A DNA stretch of 64,000 nucleotides from an uncultured virus (IMG/VR IMGVR_UViG_3300049732_000141) (lineage: Duplodnaviria > Heunggongvirae > Uroviricota > Caudoviricetes): IMG/VR virus record IMGVR_UViG_3300049732_000141; one strand, 5' to 3'. Shown piece by piece: positions 8,587-17,968 of the stretch; position 1 is the stretch's first letter; the number at the start of each line of letters is the position of its first letter. Below the pieces are notes generated by a model. It searched no databases and was not told where the DNA came from. It worked only from the letters and a program-made list of their open reading frames with translations. The position numbers and the translations under genes are program-made.

Positions 8587-10983
8587 CTAGAAGGGCAGTT
8601 CCTCGTCCTCTTCGGCCCCCGGCTGGCGGCCCACGTCGCCCTCAGCGCGTTCCGGGGTATCCGTGCCCCGGCCTCCCTCGGAGCCCGCCACACGGCCAAG
8701 GACAGCCGGTTCCCCGAGGCCTTCCTGCTCGTCGCCCGGTTCCCGTTCCACCGGCCTCGGATCGGCCAACGGCAGGCGCGGCTCGGCCTTCGGCCCCCGG
8801 GGTGCGCCCGGTGCGGGCGGCGCGGGGGTGGGCGTTTCGACGTCTTCCCAGTCCCCCTTGGTGCCGACCTGCTTGTCAAAGATCTCCCTTGCCCTTGTCA
8901 ATGGCACGAGCGGGTAAGCCATCGCTCGAAGCTTTCCGAGTCGGGGCCTTTCTGCCGGGCCCGCGAAGTAGTCCCTGAGAATGCGCTTCGCCAACTCCAT
9001 CGTGGTCAGGCGACGGAAGATCCGCTGCCGTTCGCACCACCCGAGGTAATCCTCGTGGGCAAGGCTGGTGACCATCAGTTCCGGCCAGTCAGGTCCGTCT
9101 TCGACGATACCCGCTTCCAGCTTGCCTGTCGAGAGCTTCTCGAACCACCACTTGTGCTCGTTGGACAGCGTCAACTCCTGCTGCACCCTGTATTCCTCGG
9201 TCTTCGGCGCACGGCGCACGCGGGCCGGATCGACGGGCCTCCGCAGGAGCAGGTCGAGGAACGCCTGCAGGCCGCCAGCGTCCAACTGCTGCTGCACCTT
9301 GGTGAAATACTCGATGTCCTGCTTGCGGGCGTTGCCGACGAGCAGCGCGAAGAACCGGCGCTCGTCCATATCCGCCGGGCACGACCAGTGCTCGTTGGTG
9401 GCCATCACGATGTGGCAGAAGTTGGCCTCCTCTTCCGAGTCGATGCGCTTGCGCGTCACCGTCAGCGTGGGCTCCGTGATGACGCGCTTCAGCGCACCCA
9501 GTTCCTTCTTGTCGCCAGCGAAGAACGCCTCGTCCGCGAACACCAGCACCTTGCCGGACAAATGAGCGTTGAAGTGGCCCGTCAGGTGGTCCACCTTGTC
9601 GAGGTGGGCGAAGTGGCGGCCGAAGATGCGGCCGAGGTTGCGGGCGAAGATGCCCTTGCCTACGCCCTGACCGCCGCGCAGCACGACGGCCACGTCGGCG
9701 GGCACGCCGGGACGCTGCACGAGCAGGGCGCACCAGTCCATCAGATACTCGTAGTAGGACTGGTTCCCGCTGCAGATGTTGTTCAGCAGGTGGTCGAGGA
9801 AGAGCGTGCAGTCGCCGGGCGCGGGCTCAATGGCGAGGCCCTTCCAGAGGTTCAGGTCTTCGGGATGCGCCGCGTGCGGAGGCGGAGCGAATACGACGGA
9901 GCGGAACTGTCGGCGCTTCGGGTGCTCACGCCAGATCTCGAACTTGGAGCGCGTCTCGACTTCGGTCTCGCCCTTCCTCGGACCCTTGGCGATTTGACGG
10001 GTGCCGAGGGCCACCTTCTGGTTGGCATACCACGCATACATGGCACGCTCGGACTGGAACACGACCTTGTCGGCCTTCTCGGTGCCAATCACGGTGTCCG
10101 CGCCGATGGTGACGTAGAAGTGCTTGGCGTTCATCTCCTCGACGATGGCCTCGAACTTCTCCTCCGCACTCCGGCCCGCGCCGAACCACGCACGCAGACG
10201 CTCGACGACGTCCTTGCCGAAGATCTTCTCCAAGGCCGGGCCGCCAGTCGTCTTGGCACCCTCGGCCGGGGTCTTCGAGTAGGTGCTGCGGACGCTGCTC
10301 TCGCAGTCCTTCCACACCTCGCCCTCGGCCTGCAGCGTGATCTCCGAGAGGATCTCGATGCACTCCTTGGCATCGATCTTCTGGCGGTAGAGGAACCCCG
10401 TGAGGTCGAGCAGCGCCTGATGGCGTCCGCTCTTGGGCCACGACCGCACGATCAGCGCCGTGACGGCCGTGAGCAGCACAGCGCGGCGCAGGGTCTTGCC
10501 ATCCACGCTCGACGCCTCACGGTCGGCTTCCCACGTCAGCGTTTCACCCGAGGCTCCGTGGAGCGAGGGCGGGAGCACCGTCTGATACGTGGGGCCCGTC
10601 CGGATTTCGCAGAGCATCCCGACCTTGGGCTTGCCGTCGCCATCGGGGCGGGGCACGTCGCGGAACTGCTCCAGCTTCATGCCCTCGACGCGATACCAGT
10701 AGTGGCTGGAGGGCTTGCCCGGGCGGCCGTGGATGCGGCCGGTCGTCGGCAGGAACCGATGGGCGGCCTTCACCGCCTCCATGCAGTCGAGGTCGATGTC
10801 CACGAGGTCGCCGGTGAGCGCCGTGCCAACGTTGTCGGTCTCCCCAAAGTCCTCGACGGCGAACTTCACCTCGGGGTCGTTCCAGCCCTTGATCCTCGGG
10901 CCCTTCTCGCCACGGGGGATCGGGTGCGGGCGTCCGAAGCCCTCGTTGAGATACCGCTGCACCAGAAAACGAACGTCGCTCAC
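8587..10983 (-). CDS. Prim-Pol primase fused to SF3 (D5/NrS-1-like) helicase
   Basis: N-terminal KGP..W, DIDLD, HYWY, PPS motifs; Walker A GGQGVGKG, Walker B FADE. Confidence 0.9.
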   Translation of the reverse strand: MSDVRFLVQRYLNEGFGRPHPIPRGEKGPRIKGWNDPEVKFAVEDFGETDNVGTALTGDLVDIDLDCMEAVKAAHRFLPTTGRIHGRPGKPSSHYWYRVEGMKLEQFRDVPRPDGDGKPKVGMLCEIRTGPTYQTVLPPSLHGASGETLTWEADREASSVDGKTLRRAVLLTAVTALIVRSWPKSGRHQALLDLTGFLYRQKIDAKECIEILSEITLQAEGEVWKDCESSVRSTYSKTPAEGAKTTGGPALEKIFGKDVVERLRAWFGAGRSAEEKFEAIVEEMNAKHFYVTIGADTVIGTEKADKVVFQSERAMYAWYANQKVALGTRQIAKGPRKGETEVETRSKFEIWREHPKRRQFRSVVFAPPPHAAHPEDLNLWKGLAIEPAPGDCTLFLDHLLNNICSGNQSYYEYLMDWCALLVQRPGVPADVAVVLRGGQGVGKGIFARNLGRIFGRHFAHLDKVDHLTGHFNAHLSGKVLVFADEAFFAGDKKELGALKRVITEPTLTVTRKRIDSEEEANFCHIVMATNEHWSCPADMDERRFFALLVGNARKQDIEYFTKVQQQLDAGGLQAFLDLLLRRPVDPARVRRAPKTEEYRVQQELTLSNEHKWWFEKLSTGKLEAGIVEDGPDWPELMVTSLAHEDYLGWCERQRIFRRLTTMELAKRILRDYFAGPAERPRLGKLRAMAYPLVPLTRAREIFDKQVGTKGDWEDVETPTPAPPAPGAPRGPKAEPRLPLADPRPVEREPGDEQEGLGEPAVLGRVAGSEGGRGTDTPERAEGDVGRQPGAEEDEELPF

Positions 10984-11312
10984 CGCTTGCTCCTTTTCGG
11001 CAGGTGCAGTGGTCCCTGTGGCACGTAGGGGTGCGGGCGGGGCCCGCAGTATCCCGGGTCATGAATCTTGTCACCCTGTCGTCCGAGGCAGATGGCGCAG
11101 GGACGTGGGTCAGTGGATCTCTCGGCGGCCTCGACGGTCTCCTTGGCCAGTTCCTGCCACGACGGTTCGAACTGCGTCGTGAGCCTCACGCCCTGCTGGA
11201 GCTTTCGCTGGCAGCCCTTACAGACGATCCACTCGATGGGCCGCCGGGCCGGGCCCGAGGGCTTGCCGAGGAATCGGTGGGCGTGCTTGTAGAACACGCA
11301 GAGGCGTCTCAC
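10980..11312 (-). CDS. Zn-finger hypothetical protein
   Basis: CxxC motifs, GTGA overlaps. Confidence 0.55.
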   Translation of the reverse strand: MRRLCVFYKHAHRFLGKPSGPARRPIEWIVCKGCQRKLQQGVRLTTQFEPSWQELAKETVEAAERSTDPRPCAICLGRQGDKIHDPGYCGPRPHPYVPQGPLHLPKRSKR

Positions 11313-11872
11313 CGTTCCCTCCACTGCTTGACCCATCCGCTGATCTCTTCCAGCGTGACGGGCCTGTAGTCGGTCATCTCGGTGCAGACGTTGACGTAGA
11401 CGGCGGGCGGTCCCCCGCCCTCCGGGTCCTTGAGCCCCCTCGGGACTTCGTAGAGGCGCGGCAGGTTCTGATGCACGTGCCCGTGGACGTTCGCGTGCTG
11501 ACTCCCTTGGCTCCACGGAGCGATAGGCACGTGCGTGAAGATCAGGTGGTTCAGCACGCGCATCCCCATGATCTCCTCGAAGTAGCGGGCATACAGCTTC
11601 GTCCGGAAGATGTCGTGGTTGCCCCGCACCAGCCTTTTGTGGCCGTTCAGCCGGGGCATCACGCGGTCGATGTCCTGCTGGCGCATGGCGACGTCCCCGA
11701 GGTGGTAGATCTTGTCCTGCGGACGCACCACTTCGTTCCAGCGCTCGATCATCGTCTCGTCCATCTCCTCGACGGACTCGAAGTTCCGCGCCGGGCTGCC
11801 GTCCGCCAATTTGAAGTCGGTGACCATGCGGGCGTGCCCGAAGTGAGTATCGCTCGTGATCCAGATCGTCAT
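11309..11872 (-). CDS. calcineurin-like metallophosphoesterase
   Basis: SDTHFGH, HLGD, GNHD, HGHVH. Confidence 0.9.
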   Translation of the reverse strand: MTIWITSDTHFGHARMVTDFKLADGSPARNFESVEEMDETMIERWNEVVRPQDKIYHLGDVAMRQQDIDRVMPRLNGHKRLVRGNHDIFRTKLYARYFEEIMGMRVLNHLIFTHVPIAPWSQGSQHANVHGHVHQNLPRLYEVPRGLKDPEGGGPPAVYVNVCTEMTDYRPVTLEEISGWVKQWRER

Positions 11873-12129
11873 CGTCCGTATCCTGCGTTGTCGAGAGCGA
11901 GCTTCAGCAAGTGCCACACGTTCAGTCGAAGCCGTGGGAAGCCGGTGACCACGGATCGACGGGCGGGCTTCACGAAGATGTGATGGCCCTCCTGCCCTTT
12001 GCGGCCGAAGGCTGCTCGATAGTTGCCCGAAGCCTGCGTGCCGGTGCCGTCGTTGGAGATCAGCGCCTGCCCGAGTGTGGTGGTCTTGCCGGTGATGGCG
12101 CTTACGAGTTGGACGGTGACGACGATCAT
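11869..12129 (-). CDS. hypothetical protein
   Basis: ATGA overlaps at both ends. Confidence 0.65.
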   Translation of the reverse strand: MIVVTVQLVSAITGKTTTLGQALISNDGTGTQASGNYRAAFGRKGQEGHHIFVKPARRSVVTGFPRLRLNVWHLLKLALDNAGYGR

Positions 12130-12851
12130 AAAGAGAACCCCATGTCGCTGTTGCCGTAACCGCAGTGAACGCAGCTTTCAGACGTGCAGAGGAACCCGGC
12201 GTCCACCTTCAGGGCCTTCTGTCCGCACTTGGGGCAGACGAGGGCTCCCTGCAGGAGCTTCGGGTCGCGGAAGTCGGCGTCCCTCTTGAGGAAGTCCTTG
12301 TAGACCTGCTTGGGCTCGTCCTCGACGATCCCGCGCCAAGCCCGGCCGACGAGCGCCATCAGGTCGGCCTCCGAGGTGCGAACGAAGCCGCACTCGACCG
12401 CAGCCCGCACGTCGTCGGGCACGAAGAGCCTGTTGTGGCGCAGGTTGATGTGCTCGATGATCGCAGCGAGGTCGTCGGCCGCCTTGATTGTCCGGTGGTC
12501 CTGTTCGCTGATCAGAGGGAGCCCGAGGGCGAACTCGATGGTGGAAGTCACCTGCGCCTCGATGTCCCGGTAGCCTTTCATGGAATCCGAGTGCTTCAGG
12601 TTCCGGCTCACGTCCCCGAGGTAGGCTTCCGAGTCGTCGTGGTGCAGCGCGTGGAGCGCCAACTCCATCGGCACGAGCATGGAGACGAGCATCGCGTGCT
12701 GCCCGACCGAGTAAAACTGGGGGATTTGCCCGGCAAACCTGCAACAATTCGAGAGGCCCCGGGCGATGTCTCGGATATCGACTTCCTCAACCTTCAGGTT
12801 GCTGAGGTCGATGACCCGCCCCGTATAGGTGCGGATCGTGATGGGGTTCAT
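12126..12851 (-). CDS. HD-domain 5'-deoxynucleotidase (YfbR/YfdR-like) with C-terminal Zn ribbon
   Basis: DIARGLSN.CRFAG..FYSVGQH..ALHHD..EAYLGD..KAAD. Confidence 0.85.
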   Translation of the reverse strand: MNPITIRTYTGRVIDLSNLKVEEVDIRDIARGLSNCCRFAGQIPQFYSVGQHAMLVSMLVPMELALHALHHDDSEAYLGDVSRNLKHSDSMKGYRDIEAQVTSTIEFALGLPLISEQDHRTIKAADDLAAIIEHINLRHNRLFVPDDVRAAVECGFVRTSEADLMALVGRAWRGIVEDEPKQVYKDFLKRDADFRDPKLLQGALVCPKCGQKALKVDAGFLCTSESCVHCGYGNSDMGFSL

Positions 12852-13156
12852 GGGGTCACCCGAACGTGGGCTGCCCGCAGGCCGCCGGTGGTCCGGCCGT
12901 TCCTGTCGGTGCTCTTGGGCTCCTCGTAGGGTTCGAACTCGACGTGCTGTCCCGGGGCCAACGTGACCCTCTGCAGGGGCGTCAGGGGCACAAGGAACTC
13001 GTTCTCCTTGCTGACGATCAGCCCCTCGACGTCGTGGGCGTGGAAGAACCTGCTCTGGCCGTCCTCGTCGATCAGGAAGCCGAAGCCACCGCGCACGAAG
13101 TGGCCGCCTTGGGGATCACGAACTGGTTTGACGATGCGACTGATCCGTCCCTGCAT
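12848..13156 (-). CDS. cold-shock domain (OB-fold) protein
   Basis: RNP1 GFGFL, RNP2 FFH, V.FE...G..A..V ending. Confidence 0.75.
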   Translation of the reverse strand: MQGRISRIVKPVRDPQGGHFVRGGFGFLIDEDGQSRFFHAHDVEGLIVSKENEFLVPLTPLQRVTLAPGQHVEFEPYEEPKSTDRNGRTTGGLRAAHVRVTP

Positions 13157-13309
13157 TCCTCTCCTCCATTCCTTCGATCAAAGTCTAGCACATCGAGCGG
13201 CCCAATCCCGGGCAGGCAAACACGACGCCGACCACGTCGTGAGGGTGCCGTGCCTGCCCGGGTAACCCACCCTCGGGCCCGGGCGGGGAACCTCCGCACC
13301 CTTGGATGT

Positions 13310-13705
13310 CTACGAAGCCTTTCGTCGAGCCGTCTTGGCAGCCCGGCGCTCGGCCCTCGTGGGCTTGTAGCCCATGACGTGGCGCAGGCTGCCGTCCGTG
13401 AAGTAGACCATCGGCCGTCCGCGCATGTCGCGGATCACCACGCTGGTGGGCTCCGGAGCGCCGGACGAGCGGCGCGGGCGGAGCAGCCCGGGCTGGACGT
13501 CCTTCAGGGCCCGCAGGAGGCGGCCCCGGGTGACTGCCTGCCCGGCGAGTTCGGCCTTGGCTTCGGTGTATTTGGCCCTGACCAACTGGCCCACGGCCTT
13601 CGGCTGCTGGATCGTCTTGAGCAGCAGGTTCTTGATGGTGTTCGCCCGGCTGCTGCCTCCGACCTGCAGCACCCGGCGCGGGGACGTATCGGATGGTTTG
13701 TTCAT
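13310..13705 (-). CDS. basic hypothetical protein
   Basis: GGAGG RBS, ATGA overlap. Confidence 0.6.
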   Translation of the reverse strand: MNKPSDTSPRRVLQVGGSSRANTIKNLLLKTIQQPKAVGQLVRAKYTEAKAELAGQAVTRGRLLRALKDVQPGLLRPRRSSGAPEPTSVVIRDMRGRPMVYFTDGSLRHVMGYKPTRAERRAAKTARRKAS

Positions 13706-14004
13706 GACTTCAATCCTCCATTCTTGGCCTCTTCGGTGGCCGGGACCTGCACACAATCGAGCGTGACGACGTTGGGTCCGATCAACTCCATCACGCAGAC
13801 CTGTCGCGTGGCGACAGGCTTTGGCGGGAGAGGTTCGAGCACGATGGCGGCCATCGCCAGCAGGACTCCGACGACGAGGCAGAAGAAGAGCACCCGTCGC
13901 GTCGTGGTCGAGAGATACGACCGGGTCAGGCCCGCCACGACGAGCGTGGCGATCCCGAACACGATCAGGACGATCCCGAGGATGCCGGTGATGACCGCCC
14001 CCAT
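13702..14004 (-). CDS. membrane protein (2 TM)
   Basis: Two hydrophobic segments. Confidence 0.6.
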   Translation of the reverse strand: MGAVITGILGIVLIVFGIATLVVAGLTRSYLSTTTRRVLFFCLVVGVLLAMAAIVLEPLPPKPVATRQVCVMELIGPNVVTLDCVQVPATEEAKNGGLKS

Positions 14005-14006
14005 GA

Positions 14007-14192
14007 CTACTCCTTCGCTCCGGCGGGAGTGGCCGCGAGAGGCCGCTGCAGCAGGTAGCAGATCTCGTTGCTGTTGGGCAGCAGGGTTGCCGCGACGACT
14101 TTCCACCCTTCCCTCCCCTCGTTGGTCAGCTTCAGGGACACGCCCTCGTGGTCCACGATGGGATTGAGGGTCACGACTTTGTATTCGAGCAT
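14007..14192 (-). CDS. DUF4177-like small protein
   Basis: EYKVV...L...G.EGW.VV. Confidence 0.55.
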   Translation of the reverse strand: MLEYKVVTLNPIVDHEGVSLKLTNEGREGWKVVAATLLPNSNEICYLLQRPLAATPAGAKE

Positions 14193-14398
14193 TACTTCAC
14201 TCCTTCGAGAATGGAGGCGACCTTGAGCAGATGGCGGAACGCCTCGTCTCCGTCCATCTGACTGACGCTGCCCTCGGTCAGTTCGAGGGCCATGAGCTTG
14301 GCCATTCGGCAATCAGCGCGAAGGAACCCGCAGCAGGAGCAGCGCTCAAGCGGCTCCCACGTGTGCTCCTTGCCGGGCTTGCAGGGCGGGGGGTTCAC
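14192..14398 (-). CDS. small hypothetical protein
   Basis: Overlapping start/stop codons. Confidence 0.5.
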   Translation of the reverse strand: MNPPPCKPGKEHTWEPLERCSCCGFLRADCRMAKLMALELTEGSVSQMDGDEAFRHLLKVASILEGVK

Positions 14399-14589
14399 GC
14401 CTTCCTCCCGTTGGGGTTGCGGCGCATCTGCAGCCACGCCCATCCGAAAGAGAGCAGACAGATGACGCCAATGACCCCCACGAACCAGAACACGAACTCC
14501 GGACTCGGGTCGAAGTTATTCGGCCCGCTGCGGTTGCGGTGGGCATGCGATGCCGCCGCTGCGACGGCTCCGGCTGCTGCCGCGTTCAT
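14395..14589 (-). CDS. small membrane protein
   Basis: One TM segment, ATGA overlap. Confidence 0.5.
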   Translation of the reverse strand: MNAAAAGAVAAAASHAHRNRSGPNNFDPSPEFVFWFVGVIGVICLLSFGWAWLQMRRNPNGRKA

Positions 14590-14903
14590 CGCCCGGCCAG
14601 CGTCTGCGTGTCGGTGCCCGGCACTTCCGCGCCAAGGCCGCCAGTGTTCAGCCGCTGCAGTTCCCCTTGGAAATGCTGCAGGACCCGCTGCGCCTCCCCG
14701 ATCTCGGCTTGGCACTTCAGCTTGGCCTGATCGAGCAGCAGCGCCTGCGCGTCCACCAGTGTGGCCGCCCGGCCCACGCCCTTGCCGCCCACGGCCACGA
14801 CGTATCCCGTCTGCTCGGGCGACAGGTCGCCGGGCTCATGGATCGTCAGAAAGGTCCGCCCCTCCGTGGGGTTGGGAATCGACCGGTAGCTTCGTCTCGC
14901 CAT
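14586..14903 (-). CDS. hypothetical protein
   Basis: GAGGAGG RBS. Confidence 0.65.
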   Translation of the reverse strand: MARRSYRSIPNPTEGRTFLTIHEPGDLSPEQTGYVVAVGGKGVGRAATLVDAQALLLDQAKLKCQAEIGEAQRVLQHFQGELQRLNTGGLGAEVPGTDTQTLAGR

Positions 14904-14913
14904 CAGATCCTCC

Positions 14914-15630
14914 TCAGTGTTCCAGAAACACGACGTCGTTCCGGCGGCCCTCGAAGCAGTAACCGCAGGAGATACAGTTGGGCTTCTCGCCCGTCTCCTC
15001 GGGGCACACGAAGGCCGGAACGCCATCCACGGCCCGCATGATGAGGCGGCCCTGCCGCTCCTGCACGCGCAGCCGCTGCTCCATCGGCCAACCGCCCTTG
15101 GGTTCGTTGCGGTGAATCCACGAACGACGCCACCCGGCAGGCGGCGCGTCCTTCGTGCTCGGGTCCATCGACGCGAACAGCTGCACGTTGGGCAGCGCCC
15201 GCAGGCGTTCCAGCGCCGGGAGCAGCGAGGGCACGCGCCAGCTTCGGGTGTAGGCCCACACCATCACGTCCGGTCGCGCCGTGATCCGCTCGATCCAGTT
15301 CTCGATGTAGATGACCGAGTCGAAGTCGCCGGAGACGTGCAGGCGCAGGATCTTGCAGGCTTCCGGGATCGGCGGGACGTCGTTGCCGCTGCTGTTCCGC
15401 TGGTAGACCTCGCGCACGGCCCCGGAGATCCGCTTGGCGTAGCAGATGTCCTCGCACTCGACGGTCGCGCCGGGGCAGGTCCCGAGGGCGTTCAGGAAGC
15501 CGCTGGTGCCTCCCGGCAGCCGGGAGTAGGTGAAGACGTCGAGCCCGATCTTGAGGTTGCCCATCCCGTAGCGGGAGATCTCCACGCCACGAGTATCGGG
15601 GAGGTAGACGGTAATGGGCACTGCCTTCAT
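14914..15630 (-). CDS. Gp88-family (radical-SAM-related Fe-S) phage protein
   Basis: GNLK..TCPGAT..C...CYA..RLHVSGDF..WAYTRS..C..C..C. Confidence 0.8.
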   Translation of the reverse strand: MKAVPITVYLPDTRGVEISRYGMGNLKIGLDVFTYSRLPGGTSGFLNALGTCPGATVECEDICYAKRISGAVREVYQRNSSGNDVPPIPEACKILRLHVSGDFDSVIYIENWIERITARPDVMVWAYTRSWRVPSLLPALERLRALPNVQLFASMDPSTKDAPPAGWRRSWIHRNEPKGGWPMEQRLRVQERQGRLIMRAVDGVPAFVCPEETGEKPNCISCGYCFEGRRNDVVFLEH

Positions 15631-15757
15631 CTGGTCTCCTTCAAACGTTGCATCCCGGCGCGAGTCTCACGCGCTTCCCGAACGATTGGGGTGGTGTGCC
15701 GCTTTTACGGCGTCTCCACTGAAACCGGGTGGTGCTTTCACTTCCCCGGATGCAAAC

Positions 15758-16009
15758 CTATCTTACCCTGACGTTCGTCTGCCTGTCGAGCGATTCCGAT
15801 GGTCCGATGCGCCACGGGTCGATCCGAATGTTCCGCCCGTGGTAATACCACTCCTGTCGGTCGTGCCGGGCCCGAACCCATCGGTCCTCCGGGACCCCGT
15901 GCGCGGCCATCAGCGCACGGACCGATGCAAGAGCCGTGCCGAAGTTCAGAGTCACGTCGTAGACGCGCTCGGTGTTGGGGCCGCCGAGGAACACGAGGTA
16001 GATCCTCAC
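15758..16009 (-). CDS. hypothetical protein
   Basis: GTGA overlap with MTase stop. Confidence 0.55.
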   Translation of the reverse strand: MRIYLVFLGGPNTERVYDVTLNFGTALASVRALMAAHGVPEDRWVRARHDRQEWYYHGRNIRIDPWRIGPSESLDRQTNVRVR

Positions 16010-17124
16010 AGCCCCGCACGCGCCCGCAGGGCCTGCCCCTGCTCGGCGTCCCCCGAGTCGATGAGCGCCTGCCCGATCCGGGCGCAGCAGATCTTGAGGT
16101 AGTCGGCCTCCCTCTCGATCCCGATGAAGTTCCGTCCCTCCAGCACGGCGGCCACCCCCGTGGTGCCGGACCCCATGAACGGGTCGATGATCGTGTGACC
16201 CGGCCGGGAGACGAGCCGGATCATCCGGCGCATCAGATCGACGGGCTTCACGGTGGGGTGGACGTTCTTCCGGTCGTCCTCCTGCTTCTCGATCTCGGTC
16301 AGGGTGATGTTCTTCCCGCCGCACTCGTGGCACTTGGACGTCTTGAAGGAGAGCTTCCGGCTCTTGCCGCAGTCCTTGCAGTCGCTCCGGAACTGCCCGC
16401 TGGCGAGGTTCGACGAGAACGTCGCCTCGATGTCGAGGCCGTCGCATCCGTAGTCCCGCTCCTTCGCGGAGGGCTTCGACACGAAGAACGTCCCGGGATA
16501 CTTCTCGACGATGGCCCGCACCTCCTCGTAGCCGTCCACGAGGCTCTGGTCCATCAGCACGTCGGTGGGGTGCTTGCCGTCCTCCTTCTTCCACTCCTGC
16601 GCGTGGAGTTGGCCCCGGCCTTCCTTCTTGAACAGGGCCCCGAGGGGCTTGTCTGTCGGCACACGGCCGACGAAGATCGGCTCCCCGCCCGGGCGCAGGT
16701 CGGTCGGGTTCTTCACCTGACCCGTGGCGTAGAGCCACATCATGACGCGAGGGATGTCGTAGCCTGCCTCCAGCAGGCCGAAGTGGACAGGGCCGATGGT
16801 GCGGAGCGCCGTGAACGCCAGCAGATGCGATCCGGGCTTGAGTGAATTCTTCAGGAGTCCGTAGGACCACTTCCGGGTGAAATCCTCGAACTGTCGAGAG
16901 TCATCGGCGGTCGAAGCGAACTTGCCGCCGAGGTCCGTGTCTTTGAACGTGTCCCAGTCCTTGCCCGCCCCGCCGGAGAAGTCGAAGCCGTAGGGCGGAT
17001 CGGTGACGCAGGCGTCGGCGCGGCGCGAGGGCGCTTCCATGAGATTGCCCTCGTCGTCTCTGAAGCCTCCCGTGGCGTTCAGGCGCTCGATGCTATCTCC
17101 GTGAATCAGCGTGATTTTCGGCAC
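16006..17124 (-). CDS. beta-class N4/N6 DNA methyltransferase
   Basis: TDPPY (motif IV), HPTVKP, DPFMGSGTT (motif I), GIE. Confidence 0.92.
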   Translation of the reverse strand: MPKITLIHGDSIERLNATGGFRDDEGNLMEAPSRRADACVTDPPYGFDFSGGAGKDWDTFKDTDLGGKFASTADDSRQFEDFTRKWSYGLLKNSLKPGSHLLAFTALRTIGPVHFGLLEAGYDIPRVMMWLYATGQVKNPTDLRPGGEPIFVGRVPTDKPLGALFKKEGRGQLHAQEWKKEDGKHPTDVLMDQSLVDGYEEVRAIVEKYPGTFFVSKPSAKERDYGCDGLDIEATFSSNLASGQFRSDCKDCGKSRKLSFKTSKCHECGGKNITLTEIEKQEDDRKNVHPTVKPVDLMRRMIRLVSRPGHTIIDPFMGSGTTGVAAVLEGRNFIGIEREADYLKICCARIGQALIDSGDAEQGQALRARAGL

Positions 17125-17149
17125 AAAGTGGCTCCTTTTCGAAGAGAAC

Positions 17150-17181
17150 CCACGGCCGATCCCGGGCGGGACCGGCCGTGG
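17150..17181 (-). terminator. putative intrinsic terminator
   Basis: CCACGGCCG..CGGCCGTGG stem followed by a pyrimidine tract on the minus strand. Confidence 0.5.
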
Positions 17182-17190
17182 TCTTGCGGA

Positions 17191-17955
17191 CTACATCTCG
17201 GGGTCGGCGGGTTCGTCGCCCGGCTGACGGCCACCGCCGTCTTCCGGCTCGGCCTGATGATCGACGACGATGTTCTTCCCCTGCAGGCTGTCGTAGAGCG
17301 AGGAGGCGAACTGCGCGTCCTCCGGCGTCGGCGCACCGGCGGGCTTGATGACGAACTTCCCGAAGGAGCCGAACTTGTTCTTGGCCGACACCGTGCCCAC
17401 GGTGTAGAGGCCTGCGAACACCGGCCCGCTCCGCATTTTGATGATCTGCTGGAACTGCTTCGCCACCGAGATGTTCGAGGACTTCATGGAGAGCACGATG
17501 ATCTCCATGCTCGGGACCAGCAGAACCACCCAGTCGTAGAAGCGGGTGGCGAGGGGCTTCTCGTCGTCGGTGAACTCGCAGCGCGGGTCGTCCCACGGGA
17601 CATCGCGGTCCTTGATGCCGCCCCCCTCGTCGTAGGGGTTGAACTCGATGGCGTGCTTCTTGAGCGCGATGGGGATGAACCTCACCGGCTGGCCGTAGAT
17701 CTCGCCGGTGAGCGAGTTGAAGAGGTCCGTGAACTTGAGCCCCTCGATGAACTTGTCGCCGGGCTCCAGTTGCGGGGACGTCTTCTGCGCGATGGCGAGG
17801 AACGGGAGCACCACGTCTTTCGAGTCGATGCTCTCTTTGCCGCGCCGGTCTTCCTTCGTGAATCCGTCCGCGACAGCCAGCGCCTGCTGGCCCTGCGGAA
17901 CGGTGAGCGCCGTCGTGGGCTTTTCAGCCACGGCGGCCGGGGTCTGTCGAGCCAT
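17191..17955 (-). CDS. putative single-stranded DNA-binding protein
   Basis: Located in replication module; acidic C-terminal tail. Confidence 0.55.
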   Translation of the reverse strand: MARQTPAAVAEKPTTALTVPQGQQALAVADGFTKEDRRGKESIDSKDVVLPFLAIAQKTSPQLEPGDKFIEGLKFTDLFNSLTGEIYGQPVRFIPIALKKHAIEFNPYDEGGGIKDRDVPWDDPRCEFTDDEKPLATRFYDWVVLLVPSMEIIVLSMKSSNISVAKQFQQIIKMRSGPVFAGLYTVGTVSAKNKFGSFGKFVIKPAGAPTPEDAQFASSLYDSLQGKNIVVDHQAEPEDGGGRQPGDEPADPEM

Positions 17956-17968
17956 ACGTGTCCTCCTT

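Noticed and set aside
11019..11035. TGGCACG-TAGG-GGTGC
   Set aside because: Spacing off by one and lies antisense inside a coding region
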